Shown here one piece after another: positions 11,820 through 26,800 of a stretch of DNA of 64,000 bases (position 1 is its first letter; each line of letters starts with the position of its first letter). Source of the DNA: Owenia fusiformis (taxonomy: Eukaryota). Made by a program: the position numbers and the translations under genes. The DNA lies in contig CAIIXF020000001.1 in assembly GCA_903813345.2 (NCBI GenBank), positions 1,488,001-1,552,000 on the forward strand, read 5' to 3'. The notes under the pieces were generated by a model. The model ran no database searches and was not told the origin of the DNA. It was given only the letters and a program-made list of their open reading frames with translations.

Positions 11820-14800
11820 CTGCAATAGAAATACAATAAAGTAAAATAAAGTAATATACAATATACAATGACACTTTACATTTATTAGTTAATATCAATT
11901 AGTGCAGCATCAGAAAACTAAAAGAAGACTTCTTTTTTGTATTTGTATTTGTATTTGAATTGTATTTTTGTTTGTTGTCAATACTGCATTTGTTGTATTA
12001 CATTGTATTACTGTTCTTATGTTTAGAATCAATAATGGACATGATGACTAGTTCTGAAAACTAATTCAGAAAAAATACAGAACAAAACACCACCACTCAA
12101 ACCATATTTCTTACCGTCCACCTAGTTGGCTGTGGCATATTCTCTCTGTTTGTGTCTCGTGTTGGCTCAGCATCGGCTGGAGGTCTGTCTTCATCATCCA
12201 TCATGTCAACATCAACTGCAGGGTCAGATTCTGCAGGTGAGTTGGAGCTCTCATCGTGGTCCTCCTGGAGGGACGAAATACAAAGATAAAGAAACATTCA
12301 GATAATTTTGTTTAATAACAGCAAAAATATTTTTTCAATACACATCAATATGTGTATAACTGCTGTGTTTCGCTTATCAAATGCGCAATTATAATTCCCC
12401 TTATGACAGGTATTATGTACCCGATTCTTTAGTAAGTACAAACACAAAATACTTAACGACTCAAGGCCAAATCTAATACAGTCATTCTGAAATGACGGTA
12501 GGAAATCTGCATTGAAGTGAGAGCTACCTACCTGATGTCCTTGCTCTGTAATGCCACTGGTCTCTGTTGTTTCAGATGTGGTTGATTCAGTCTCCTGTTC
12601 ACCACTGCTGCTACTGGCATCTCTTTCTGCATCCACTGCCTTCTACAACATACCATTTTTGTGCACTGAAGCAATACAGTGAGGTCAGAGTCCAACATGT
12701 TTTACTAGTATTCAATAAAGTTTCAAGTATCATAATACTCATTCAAAGTGTGCTTTTTAGCATTGACATTATTCTCTTTTGGATGCTTTGTGGGTTTTAT
12801 TATCTATAGTCATCATTGATTAAGAGAGGATGAATTCTAAATATTATGACAATGTTTTGGGGCTGATTCCACAGTTTTCCTAGTGTTGTCCTTTGCATTT
12901 TCTGGCCATAAATCATACATACAGATTTAATGCATGTCATAATTCAGAAGCTCACAAGAAAATGCAGGAAAAGATTGGGAATTCAAGAATCATCTTCCTG
13001 AGCACTGAATAATTCATAAACATCAATAACAGAGGTGGATGGCATGCTTTGGAAAGTAAAAATATATATATCACCAAACTCAACTCTTCAATATGCTGAG
13101 TGTAATAAGTCTCTCATTCATCCAAAATATTCAAAATATGATTTTATCTTCTATTTTTTACCTTTTCAAGGTTAGCAGTGTCCACATTGCTCTGATTTGG
13201 GTCTGTCTTCCCATCAATTTTCCCAGAGATAGGGCTTTTGGAACCCCTCGGCTTTTTTACTCGCTTCACTGAAATACAGAATGCATAAGTTAAACATAAG
13301 TTAATATAATTAAATTTATGATGTAATCTAAAGAAGACATTTTTCCATCAAACTCAGGCCCAAAATATTTTTTCTTACATTGTTAAGGCCAGCTGGTTTG
13401 TCAAGAGCGTTTTTTAGAAAAAGGTTCAGATTTGAATTTCGTATTAAGTCAATATCAATGGTAGATTCCAAAAGTTGTTATCGATCTGAAACTGAAATGT
13501 TCTTGCGTCTCTCAGAACAACATCAGTTGAATATATTAAGTGAAAATCAGCAAAATGCCAATAGCATGCAAAATGTGGCAATTGTACTAATAAATATTAT
13601 AGACTTTTAAAAAGAAATGAATAAATCATAAGTGACCTATTTAACAAATAGACAGGAACTAAGTCTAAAAATGAATAAAATCTTTATCTGCTATTCATGC
13701 CTTATATTTAAAATACTTATGGTCTACTAATGTGCACATTCCTAAACCCTAACCATACAAAGCCCCCAAACTAACACAGAAATATGGAAATATAAGTTGT
13801 ATTTGGCTTTAGACCTGTGAATTTCTTCATATATGTTTGCGGTAATATTACAAAATCTGTAGGATTTACACATGTCCTGAAATGTGTGAACATCCAAGTG
13901 GGACTATGTCAGTTTAAATACAATGACATCAAGCTGTGAGGCTTTGCCATGAGGAGAGAATCAGGGGAATGGTCGATATTGCTACTTAACTGTGGCCTTA
14001 CCTTACTCACTTCGAGAGCCATGTTAGATTTTGAAACTTATGGCGACTCCAATGGAGAAATGGACAGCTGAATAATAGTGACCTTTGAAACTTGAAACAC
14101 GAATTAAGTCGATCAGTTGTTTTCTAACTATGTCATACATCATTATCATCCTTCCGTGCAAGTATTGGAGCGCTGAAGTACTTCCTTTTCGATCAAGACT
14201 TGTAATTGTTAGTCAAGTGAATGTTTTTTCTGCCAAATTCCAATATGATGTTTTCTACTCTGACATTTTTCATAAATCTCTGGAGGTTGTCCGAACCTAA
14301 TTCATTCTCAAAATTCATTTTGTTCATTGCGTATCTCGCTCCTAGCAAACTGCCATATTGGAAATGGGTCGAAAAAACATTCACTCGATGAACAATTTAC
14401 AAGTCTTGATCGAAAAAAGAAGTAATTCAGCGCTCAAATACTTGCACGGATTGATGATACTGATGTAAGACACAGTTAGAGACAAAAAGTAAGTCGCGGA
14501 TCTCATTATTCATGTTTTAAAGGTCACTATTATTCAGCTGTCCAAGTGCGCTGTGGGAAAGATATTATATCAAAATCCACATAGCTTTCGCAGGAAGTAA
14601 GCCTTACAAACCAACCAACTTGACATAACATGCAATTTTGAGATAACTTCTCCCTATTCTGCTATAACTTAACCAAGGTGCAAACATGTATATTGTGTAC
14701 GTACTCTAAAGCAGGACTTTAAAACACAATGATGAACCATGTACATATACGGGACAGGGAACATACAATTGACAAGTGCATGGCCTATTTGGTACAACAA

Positions 14801-17800
14801 AATTAGACAAAACGGTACACAAACAGGATCTCAAAAATATCATGGTGATGAAGAAATTAAACATGTTTGAAAAGGTAATTTGTAGTGTCCTATATAGTAA
14901 CTGCAATCCTCATAATCTTCAAAATGCCCTTCACAGTTAACATACTATGGTAGGTATTTATTAGAATTGTAGAGTAATGTTTGGGGATCCATGTATCTGC
15001 TCATTTGTTTATTTGTTTGATTGTTTGGACATATCATCTTAGATCATAAAATCTTGAGGTTATCAGTCTTAATAAAGGGTCAAAGGTCGATGTTCAGATG
15101 TGCCCAGCATGGCTTGGGTCAAACATTGTGACTTAATATATTTCTGAATGAATCCAATAAAATTTGATCATCACCATGACATTTCATACATGATTTATAA
15201 CCATAATTTTCATGAACCCACTACACGTGCTACACAAATGACTAGCTCGGGACTGACACAGGCATTTGCATTCTCATTTAACCCCAAAACTATGTGAAAC
15301 AAGTACATGAACACCTGACAACTTGTTTTCCAAATAAGAGTTTCAGGTACAGATTCAATCTGTCTTCCTTTGAACTTAAAATACACCAAAAATAATAAAA
15401 TTCAGAACTCCATGTAAATTGCACCATCAACAGATTTTGATACAAAACATCATGTCTATACATTGTATATTAAAGTTGGAAAAATGCTCAGCTATTGAGC
15501 AAATTAAAGGCTTTTAAAAATATATGAGGAGCACATCTTCATTCACTTGTCTCAAATCAGTGGCAGTGAACGCAGTTAAGACCAATGTGCAAAGATGTGA
15601 GAAGCATGCATATCGTTCGATCATTGATTTTCAAACTTAGGTTGCACAAATACTAATTTTATCAGGCTCTACAATAAGAGTCTATTGAAGATGCAATTTA
15701 TAAGTCGTTATGATTTTAAAATCTGAAAGTATTTTAGGATGTATATGGAGGATGAGCCACACTGAATGAGAAGACACCACCAAAACACTCACCAGTCAGG
15801 CGACTTAGGCCCCATAACTTTGGGGGTCGACCTCGTCGCCGCTTAATTTCTGAATTCAAGATAACATACTAGTTCAACTCTTATTTCTCAACACTACATC
15901 ATTAGAACCTATTTTTGATGGCAGTTAAGTTACCAGTTTGCCATGCATATCTTAATATATAATATTATAGTTCACTGTTATAATATTGTCTCAGAATACT
16001 GTATAAGTGGTAATTTTGCCTAATCATTTAATTTGCCTATTTCCTAATTTTTGCCAGGTTCGGAAAATTAAATGTCGGAAATATTGTCTTTATAATGTTA
16101 TCCAATGGGAGGTTTCTTGTCATTAGGAAAATTAAAATTAGGAAAATGATGAAATTTGACCATTCGGAAAATTAACCACTCGGATTAAATACCACTTATA
16201 CAGTAGTCCATTTTTGATCACCATGGAATTTCATGTAAAATTAATTTGCATTGTTCTTTATAGATTAGTTATCTGGGCGAAATAGCTATAAGTTTTTTTA
16301 ATCCGATTTTTTTATATTTTAACAATGCTAGACATTTCCTAATCCAGTAAAAATTACAAACAAAATTTTGTTGATCTTCGAACTGGTCAACATACCCTAG
16401 AAAGATCAAAAATGAACTATTTAAACATCGAAGTGAGAGAATAAGATTAGTAACAGTTAGAAAAGAACACCTAGTGAATTATAGAGAACTCAACAAGATG
16501 ATAAGAACCCAACTACATTGATAGTCATACCTTGATCAGGCTGGAAGAGTCCCATGCGTCGAGAACAGCCCACATTGTAGCGTTTAGCACAGGCAGTGGT
16601 GCAGAACCTCTTCGACCTCTTAAACAACTTTGCCATCATGACGCGGCCACAGAACTCACACTTCAAAGTAGGGCCATCACTACGATCTAAAAGGACAGCT
16701 TGGTTTTAAAAAAAATTACATTATGACATCATTAAATCAAATTAAATACCAGTAAGAGCTTTTATGACTTATTATGAATATGGGGTTACTGTACTTTGAA
16801 GTGAAATAAACCCTTTTAAACCATCGGCAAATATGGTGTATTAGCAAGTCTCAATCTCGTAATATTGGGGGAAAACAGAATATGTTTCCCCCTACCCTTC
16901 CCAAACATTACATCTTTGAAGGGAATATGAATATTTTAAAAATAATAGATGATTTCTGAAGTAAAATAGATGAATGAGAGAGATTGACTTCACCTTGCTG
17001 ATTATATTCACTATTAATAAGTGATTCTAAATGCTATATGCCTCCATTTTAAATGTACACAATCTTATCTATTGGGTCCTATACTAAAGTAAGGCATAAT
17101 ACCAACCAAATAAAACACAGATTCTACATATAGCGACACAAACCAAACCAAAAGTGTACACTTGATTATATTGAATAATAAATATCAATCACTATCATAA
17201 CAAAATACATTTTAATTTTGTTTAAGCTCATAACAAAAAAACACCATGCTTATTCAATAGGAAGACATTCTACACACATATAGAATCAAAAATGGATAAC
17301 AATGACACATTCATGACAGGTTGGTTAGGTGAATGCACAAAAACTAATTTTCAGTATACTATTAAATGTGTGTAACAATTAGGCAAATACAAATGTGAGA
17401 CCCAGTGGAATTATCTAAGGTGTAAAGAAATTTAAAGGGACACATCCCATGCATCGTGATATCACGCACACTTACTCCTATTTCTATGGTGGGCTGAGAG
17501 CCTATGTAATATTGCTGCAATATGGATAAGCAGTAAGTATATAATGTTAAATCCCATTAGAATCAAGTGGAAATACAGAACATTTTCACACATACTAGTT
17601 TTCTGCATGAAAACACCAGTTTCAGATGACAAATTGCATGAAAACACCAGTTTCAGATGACAAATTGCATGAAAACACCAGTTTCAGATGACAAATGGCT
17701 GTCTAAGGTGTCAAGGGGAGTGACAAATTTGAGACGAGATGGTTGTCTGGAAAAAATCTAGTTTTTAGAGAAATTAAGTGCAAAAAATCAAATTCTGACA

Positions 17801-20800
17801 AAATTTTGAAAACCAAAATTCTGCGGTTTTTCTGCAGCAAAGCTGGAATTCTAGTATGTGTGCATTTTATCTTACTGTTTTTATCATAATTGATGGACAC
17901 TTATAACTGAAGTTATTATCTGAAACTCTAGTTAATATAAAACATATAAGTATCACTGAAGGTTATAAAATGTCTCAATTTATGCAGCAAGAACCTGTAA
18001 AATATGCATTAAGTGAGAATCTCCCTTATATGAGTATGTTATTATAATAAACCCAACTGTGTTCACTATACACAGGTTTTACTGTACTGGTCTTGGAAAT
18101 TTTAAACTGTTTAATGGAGCATGAAGCACAGTATAAGAGAGTAAAGGGGGTATGTAGTTGTTACCTGTTGCTCTGGCAGAAAGGACTGGTTCCTCCCTGG
18201 CTATCTTACTGGGAGGACCTCCATCTGATTTGCTCTTCTCACTGAATGGCTTCTGAGGAGGCTAAAAACACAATATATATAACTTTACATAACAAAATTC
18301 TTGTAAGAGATCCTTATATAAGCCAGAAAAAAACATTAGGATTTTGTCAAGCTTGTCAATGAGCTGCCTTATGAATAAACTCATATCTGAAGTCTTTTCA
18401 GTTTGCACATATAGAGCACTGGTAATTATCTAATTACAAGTATACAAACTTTTACACAAACTACATCATCAAAACTCAACACACTCACTGGAAAAGGATC
18501 GGGTCCTTCTTGTATAACAAAGCCCTCTATTACATGTGTTAGCACCTGCGGTTTGACTATGGCTTTCTGGCGCTCCCCTTGAACAATGGCAGTAGGTGGA
18601 CCTGAGGTTGAGACATTCGTCAGACTGACAACCTTGTCTTCTAAATTAGAGAAACACAAATAGTAATATTATGGCATGGAAGGTACTTTTTCAATTACTT
18701 TTTCAAAACATTTTTAATTAAGGGAATATAGTTTTGATTCTCATCCTATAACTAATCCTAATAACACCAAATGTTTTTTAATTCATGACGATGTAACTCA
18801 CATATAAATCAACATATCTGAACATAAACCTCCTTTTCTGATTATAATCAAAGCTTAAAAAATCCTGATTTGCAAGCAGTACAAGTTACAAATTGAAAAA
18901 CTGATTGCATCTTTTAAAACTTCAAAAGACAATAAATACATTTCCTATATGAACATTTCTTAATTAACCTTATTGACAAAAAAATGTTTTTTTCCAATTC
19001 TATTCAATTTGATTGTGATTGTGTAAGTAGAAGTAACAGCAGACCAGAAAACATATAAAAATGGGTGTATTAGACGCAATGGTCAAGATTGCCAACAAGC
19101 ACATTCATATCAAAGGGCTGCATATGGTATAGTGTTTCCATTAAACTTCTACTTACCAGTTGGTGAGGCTGTTGGAGATGGAATTATATCATTATCAACT
19201 TCCATATTCTCTTCTTTATCACCAGATGACTCTGAATGTCCATTCACTGAAATATCTCCATTCGTTTTTACTTCATCGTTTATCTTATCATTACCATTTA
19301 ATTTCACATCTTTATTACTATTAATCAATGTTTTTTTACTTTGAGATTTATCTCCTCCCTGATGCTGTTTATTGTCAGAAGACGATAATGATTCAGAGCT
19401 ACTGGCGCCATCTGGTTTTGAACCAGAGTCTGATGATGCATCAGAAGATGTTGCAGGTTTAATATGTGAAATAGTCTTTTTTGAAGTGACTGGTGTAGAC
19501 AGTGGTGAAGTAATGTTTGTCGGAGGTTTACTTTGAGTAGACCCCTTTGGGCTAGTTTGTCTGATTTTGGATCCTCCCATTACTGGCTTACTGCCTGTAG
19601 ATGGTTTCGTGCCAATTGTTGTAGGTTTTGTACCACTTGGTGAAGGTTTTGGACCACTCATTGTAGGTTTTGAACCAGTTGGAGTTGATTTTGTTCCACT
19701 TGTGCTAAGTTTTGGACTACTTGTAGATTTTGAACCGACTGTAGTAGGTTTTGAACCATTTGTAGAAGGTTTCACACTCTGTGGTTTTGAGGCTGTAGTT
19801 GTGGTCTTACTTGACATTGTACTAGGTTTTGTAGTCACAGCTTGTGTTAGTTTAGTCCCAGTTACAGTTGCTGTTGCAACACTTGGTTTGGCCATTTGGC
19901 GTCCACGTACCTTCTGCACTTGTTTAGGCAAAATATGCTGTGCAGTTGTACGTGGTTTGGTCCCAGGGGTGCCAGCTGGAGGGGTCTGGGGTTTAGTTAT
20001 AGCTGCCTGAGGGGAGTTGACAACCTGTGTAGTTGTAGTGACTTTATTGTTGTTGCCTGCCTTGTTAGCAGAGGCCAGCAGCGCAGATATGCTTTTATTA
20101 CTGGAGCTGAGGGATCCAGTGGATTTGGCACCAGATCCTGTGACTTTGCCCACAGTGGCTGGATTAGTTGGCCTGACTCCCTGCTCAACTGCCACTTTGG
20201 CTCCTTTAGTGGCCTGATTGGGCATATTTTGGACCATGCACGCATGGTGAGTCTGCATGGGGCCTGCTGCACGGATAAACATTGGTGCGTTGGTTAGAAT
20301 AGTTGGGGACTGGGTGCCAATCAACTGCTGTGGTGCTATGGGGATATTCTGACCAAACTGCGCCATTGCTTGTAATTGATTTAACACTGTGGGGCTAGTG
20401 ATCATTGTTGGCTGGTTAGGCTGCGTCACCAGCTGTGCAGGGTTAGAAAGTCTGATCTGGCCAGGACTGAGAATTTGATTCTGAGTGGAGCTTGCTTGGC
20501 TTCTGATGGCATTTGATCCATTGTTCTGATTGGCTGACATTGAGCCTGGTGGCACAGAGGTCTGTACACCTATCATAGTACCTGCAAGGTTAAATAAATG
20601 GGGGATATAAAATATATATATTTGTGATACAGAGATCTGTTAAGAGTACCAGTGCAAAATCTACATCTATTGCTTTTTAAAAGTTTAAATCTACAACTAT
20701 TGCTTAAACTCAAATAAATTTCTTTTTTGGTGATACCATTTTTATCATGATAGCTAGGTCACTATTTGGAATCCTTGATAATGAGTATTTCTTCAAATCC

Positions 20801-23800
20801 AGGTAGCTAAGTTCCTTAATGCATCTGAATGACCTACCAAGTTGTTGTATGAAGAAAGGCTGTGACTGTTGAGCCATATTGTGAGGCTGACTTCCTTGAC
20901 GTTGTATCATTGCTTTCCCCATCATATTGGCAGGCATACCTAGACGAAGATTGTTAATAAGAATAACATATCAGTTTATCAAAGGTAATTATATGACCAA
21001 GGGCGATTTCCCCTGACGCTCTTATACTGTTTATGCATGTCACAGTACTTAATAGACCTTCACATATATAGAATATATCTGGTTAAGAGAATATACCTGG
21101 ATGAGCTAGCATCACTTGAGGCTGGATATGTGTAGGTTGGCTTCCATTTGGAGATTTTGTGTTATTGGACTTTGTAGGACTGGCAGTGGCTGATCCTGGA
21201 GAACCTGCTGGTGGCCCTCCATTTGGAGATTTGGCAGACATCTATAATAAGGAACATACATCCTTCTTAACTGAGTCATACATTAACAATAAGGCAAAAA
21301 ATTGTAAACTGTAATGGTTTCACTGAATTTATCTTGAAAACTTTTTTGAAAAATCTACATATTGCTGACATAACTGAAATAGATATGATGTGCCCAGTAC
21401 TTACTTGAACAGTGGTTGGAGATTGTGGTATGGGGGACATCACCCCAGGACTACGTGGGCTCATACCCAATTGCTGACATAATTGAAATAGATATGATGT
21501 GCCCAGTACTTACTTGAACAGTGGTTGGAGATTGTGGTATGGGGGACATCATCCCAGGACTACGTGGGCTCATACCCAATTGCTGACATAATTGAAATAG
21601 ATATGATGTGCCCAGTACTTACTTGAACAGTGGTTGGAGATTGTGGTATGGGGGACATCATCCCAGGACTACGTGGGCTCATACCCAATTGCTGACATAA
21701 TTGAAATAGATATGATGTGCCCAGTACTTACTTGAACAGTGGTTGGAGATTGTGGTATGGGGGACATCATCCCAGGACTACGTGGGCTCATACCCAATTG
21801 CTGACATAATTGAAATAGATATGATGTGCCCAGTACTTACTTGAACAGTGGTTGGAGATTGTGGTATGGGGGACATCATCCCAGGACTACGTGGGCTCAT
21901 ACCCAATTGCTGACATAATTGAAATAGATATGATGTGCCCAATACTTACTTGAACAGTGGTTGGAGATTGCGGTATGGGAGACATCATCCCAGGACTACG
22001 TGGGCTCATACCCAATTGCTGACATAATTGAAATAGATATGGTGTACCCAATACTTACTTGAACAGTGGTTGGAGATTGCGGTATGGGGGACATCATCCC
22101 AGGACTACGTGGGCTCATACCCAATTGCTGACATAACTGAAATAGATATGGTGTACCCAGTACTTACTTGAACAGTGGTTGGAGATTGTGGTATGGGAGA
22201 CATCATCCCAGGACTACGTGGGCTCATACCCAATTGCTGACATAATTGAAATAGATATGGTGTACCCAATACTTACTTGAACAGTGGTTGGAGATTGCGG
22301 TATGGGAGACATCATCCCAGGACTACGTGGGCTCATACCCAATTGCTGACATAATTGAAATAGATATGATGTGCCCAATACTTACTTGAACAGTGGTTGG
22401 AGATTGCAGTATGGGGGACATCATCCCAGGACTACGTGGGCTCATACCCAATTGCTGACATAACTGAAATAGATATGGTGTACCCAGTACTTACTTGAAC
22501 AGTGGTTGGAGATTGCGGTATGGGGGACATCATCCCAGGACTACGTGGGCTCATACCCAATTGCTGACATAACTGAAATAGATATGGTGTACCCAGTACT
22601 TACTTGAACAGTGGTTGGAGATTGCAGTATGGGGGACATCATCCCAGGACTACGTGGGCTCATACCCAATTGCTGACATAATTGAAATAGATATGGTGTA
22701 CCCAGTACTTACTTGAACAGTGGTTGGAGATTGCGGTATGGGGGACATCATCCCAGGACTACGTGGGCTCATACCCAATTGCTGACATAACTGAAATAGA
22801 TATGGTGTACCCAATACTTACTTGAACAGTGGTTGGAGATTGCAGTATGGGGGACATCATCCCAGGACTACGTGGGCTCATACCCAATTGCTGACATAAT
22901 TGAAATAGATATGGTGTACCCAGTACTTACTTGAACAGTGGTTGGAGATTGCGGTATGGGGGACATCATCCCAGGACTACGTGGGCTCATACCCAATTGC
23001 TGACATAATTGAAATAGATATGGTGTACCCAGTACTTACTTGAACAGTGGTTGGAGATTGCGGTATGGGGGACATCATCCCAGGACTACGTGGGCTCATA
23101 CCCAATTGCTGACATAATTGAAATAGATATGATGTGCCCAGTACTTACTTGAACAGTGGTTGGAGATTGCGGTATGGGGGACATCATCCCAGGTCTACGT
23201 GGGCTCATGCCCAATTGCTGACATAATTGAAATAGATATGGTGTACCCAGTACTTACTTGAACAGTGGTTGGAGATTGCGGTATGGGGGACATCATCCCA
23301 GGTCTACGTGGGCTCATGCCCAACTGCTGACATAACTGAAATAGATATGATGTGCCTAGTACTTACTTGAACAGTGGTTGGAGATTGCGGTATGGGAGAC
23401 ATCATCCCAGGACTACGTGGGCTCATGCCCAACTGCTGACATATTTGAAATAGATATGGTGTACCCAGTACTTACTTGAACAGTGGTTGGAGATTGCGGT
23501 ATGGGGGACATCATCCCAGGACTACGTGGGCTCATACCCAATTGCTGACATAATTGAAATAGATATGGTGTACCCAATACTTACTTGAACAGTGGTTGGA
23601 GATTGTGGTATGGGGGACATCATCCCAGGACTACGTGGGCTCATACCCAATTGCTGACATAATTGAAATAGATATGATGTGCCCAATACTTACTTGAACA
23701 GTGGTTGGAGATTGTGGTATGGGGGACATCATCCCAGGACTACGTGGGCTCATACCCAATTGCTGACATAATTGAAATAGATATGATGTGCCCAATACTT

Positions 23801-26800
23801 ACTTGAACAGTGGTTGGAGATTGTGGTATGGGGGACATCATCCCAGGACTACGTGGGCTCATACCCAATTGCTGACATAATTGAAATAGATATGATGTGC
23901 CCAATACTTACTTGAACAGTGGTTGGAGATTGTGGTATGGGAGACATCATCCCAGGACTACGTGGGCTCATACCCAATTGCTGACATAATTGAAATAGAT
24001 ATGATGTGCCCAGTACTTACTTGAACAGTGGTTGGAGATTGCGGTATGGGAGACATCATCCCAGGACTACGTGGGCTCATACCCAATTGCTGACATAATT
24101 GAAATAGATATGGTGTACCCAGTACTTACTTGAACAGTGGTTGGAGATTGTGGTATGGGGGACATCATCCCAGGACTACGTGGGCTCATGCCCAATTGCT
24201 GACATAATTGAAATAGATATGGTGTACCCAATACTTACTTGAACAGTGGTTGGAGATTGCGGTATGGGGGACATCATCCCAGGACTACGTGGGCTCATAC
24301 CCAATTGCTGACATAATTGAAATAGATATGGTGTACCCAATACTTACTTGAACAGTGGTTGGAGATTGCGGTATGGGGGACATCATCCCAGGACTACGTG
24401 GGCTCATACCCAATTGCTGACATAATTGAAATAGATATGGTGTACCCAGTACTTACTTGAACAGTGGTTGGAGATTGTGGTATGGGGGACATCATCCCAG
24501 GACTACGTGGGCTCATACCCAATTGCTGACATAATTGAAATAGATATGATGTGCCCAGTACTTACTTGAACAGTGGTTGGAGATTGCGGTATGGGGGACA
24601 TCATCCCAGGACTACGTGGGCTCATACCCAATTGCTGACATAATTGAAATAGATATGATGTGCCTAGTACTTACTTGAACAGTGGTTGGAGATTGCGGTA
24701 TGGGGGACATCATCCCAGGTCTACGTGGGCTCATGCCCAACTGCTGACATAATTGAAATAGATATGGTGTACCCAATACTTACTTGAACAGTGGTTGGAG
24801 ATTGCGGTATGGGGGACATCATCCCAGGACTACGTGGGCTCATACCCAACTGCTGACATAATTGAAATAGATATGATGTACCCAATACTTACTTGAACAG
24901 TGGTTGGAGATTGTGGTATGGGGGACATCATCCCAGGACTACGTGGGCTCATACCCAATTGCTGACATAATTGAAATAGATATGATGTGCCCAGTACTTA
25001 CTTGAACAGTGGTTGGAGATTGTGGTATGGGGGACATCATCCCAGGACTACGTGGGCTCATATCCAATTGCTGACATAATTGAAATAGATATGATGTACC
25101 CAATACTTACTTGAACAGTGGTTGGAGATTGTGGTATGGGGGACATCATCCCAGGACTACGTGGGCTCATACCCAATTGCTGACATAATTGAAATAGATA
25201 TGATGTGCCCAGTACTTACTTGAACAGTGGTTGGAGATTGTGGTATGGGGGACATCATCCCAGGACTACGTGGGCTCATATCCAATTGCTGACATAATTG
25301 AAATAGATATGATGTACCCAATACTTACTTGAACAGTGGTTGGAGATTGTGGTATGGGGGACATCATCCCAGGACTACGTGGGCTCATACCCAATTGCTG
25401 ACATAATTGAAATAGATATGATGTACCTAGTACTTACTTGAACAGTGGTTGGAGATTGCGGTATGGGGGACATCATCCCAGGACTACGTGGGCTCATACC
25501 CAATTGCTGACATAATTGAAATAGATATGATGTACCTAGTACTTACTTGAACAGTGGTTGGAGATTGCGGTATGGGGGACATCATCCCAGGACTACGTGG
25601 GCTCATACCCAATTGCTGACATAATTGAAATAGATATGATGTGCCCAATACTTACTTGAACAGTGGTTGGAGATTGCGGTATGGGAGACATCATCCCAGG
25701 ACTACGTGGGCTCATACCCAATTGCTGACATAATTGAAATAGATATGATGTGCCCAATACTTACTTGAACAGTGGTTGGAGATTGCGGTATGGGAGACAT
25801 CATCCCAGGACTACGTGGGCTCATACCCAATTGCTGACATAATTGAAATAGATATGATGTGCCCAGTACTTACTTGAACAGTGGTTGGAGATTGTGGTAT
25901 GGGAGACATCATCCCAGGACTACGTGGGCTCATACCCAATTGCTGATATAATTGAAATAGATATGATGTGCCCAGTACTTACTTGAACAGTGGTTGGAGA
26001 TTGTGGTATGGGGGACATCATCCCAGGACTACGTGGGCTCATACCCAATTGCTGACATAATTGAAATAGATATGATGTGCCCAGTACTTACTTGAACAGT
26101 GGTTGGAGATTGCGGTATGGGAGACATCATCCCAGGACTACGTGGGCTCATACCCAATTGCTGACATAATTGAAATAGATATGATGTGCCCAGTACTTAC
26201 TTGAACAGTGGTTGGAGATTGTGGTATTGGAGACATCATCCCAGGACTACGTGGGCTCATCCCCAACTGCTGACATAATTGAAATAGATATGATGTGCCC
26301 AGTACTTACTTGAACAGTGGTTGGAGATTGTGGTATGGGGGACATCATCCCAGGACTACGTGGGCTCATACCCAATTGCTGACATAATTGAAATAGATAT
26401 GATGTGCCCAGTACTTACTTGAACAGTGGTTGGAGATTGTGGTATTGGAGACATCATCCCAGGACTACGTGGGCTCATCCCCAACTGCTGACATAATTGA
26501 AATAGATATGATGTGCCCAGTACTTACTTGAACAGTGGTTGGAGATTGTGGTATGGGGGACATCATCCCAGGACTACGTGGGCTCATACCCAACTGCTGA
26601 CATAATTGAAATAGATATGATGTGCCCAGTACTTACTTGAACAGTGGTTGGAGATTGTGGTATGGGGGACATCATCCCAGGACTACGTGGGCTCATACCC
26701 AATTGCTGACATAATTGAAATAGATATGATGTGCCCAGTACTTACTTGAACAGTGGTTGGAGATTGCGGTATGGGAGACATCATCCCAGGACTACGTGGG

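Noticed and set aside
19567-20297. Plus-strand and alternative-frame ORFs (147, 133, 91, 66 aa)
   Set aside because: Antisense or frame shadows of the low-complexity ph exon. The same applies to 29760-30396 (ph), 49094-49600 (CNBD) and 60413-60790 (Tdc).
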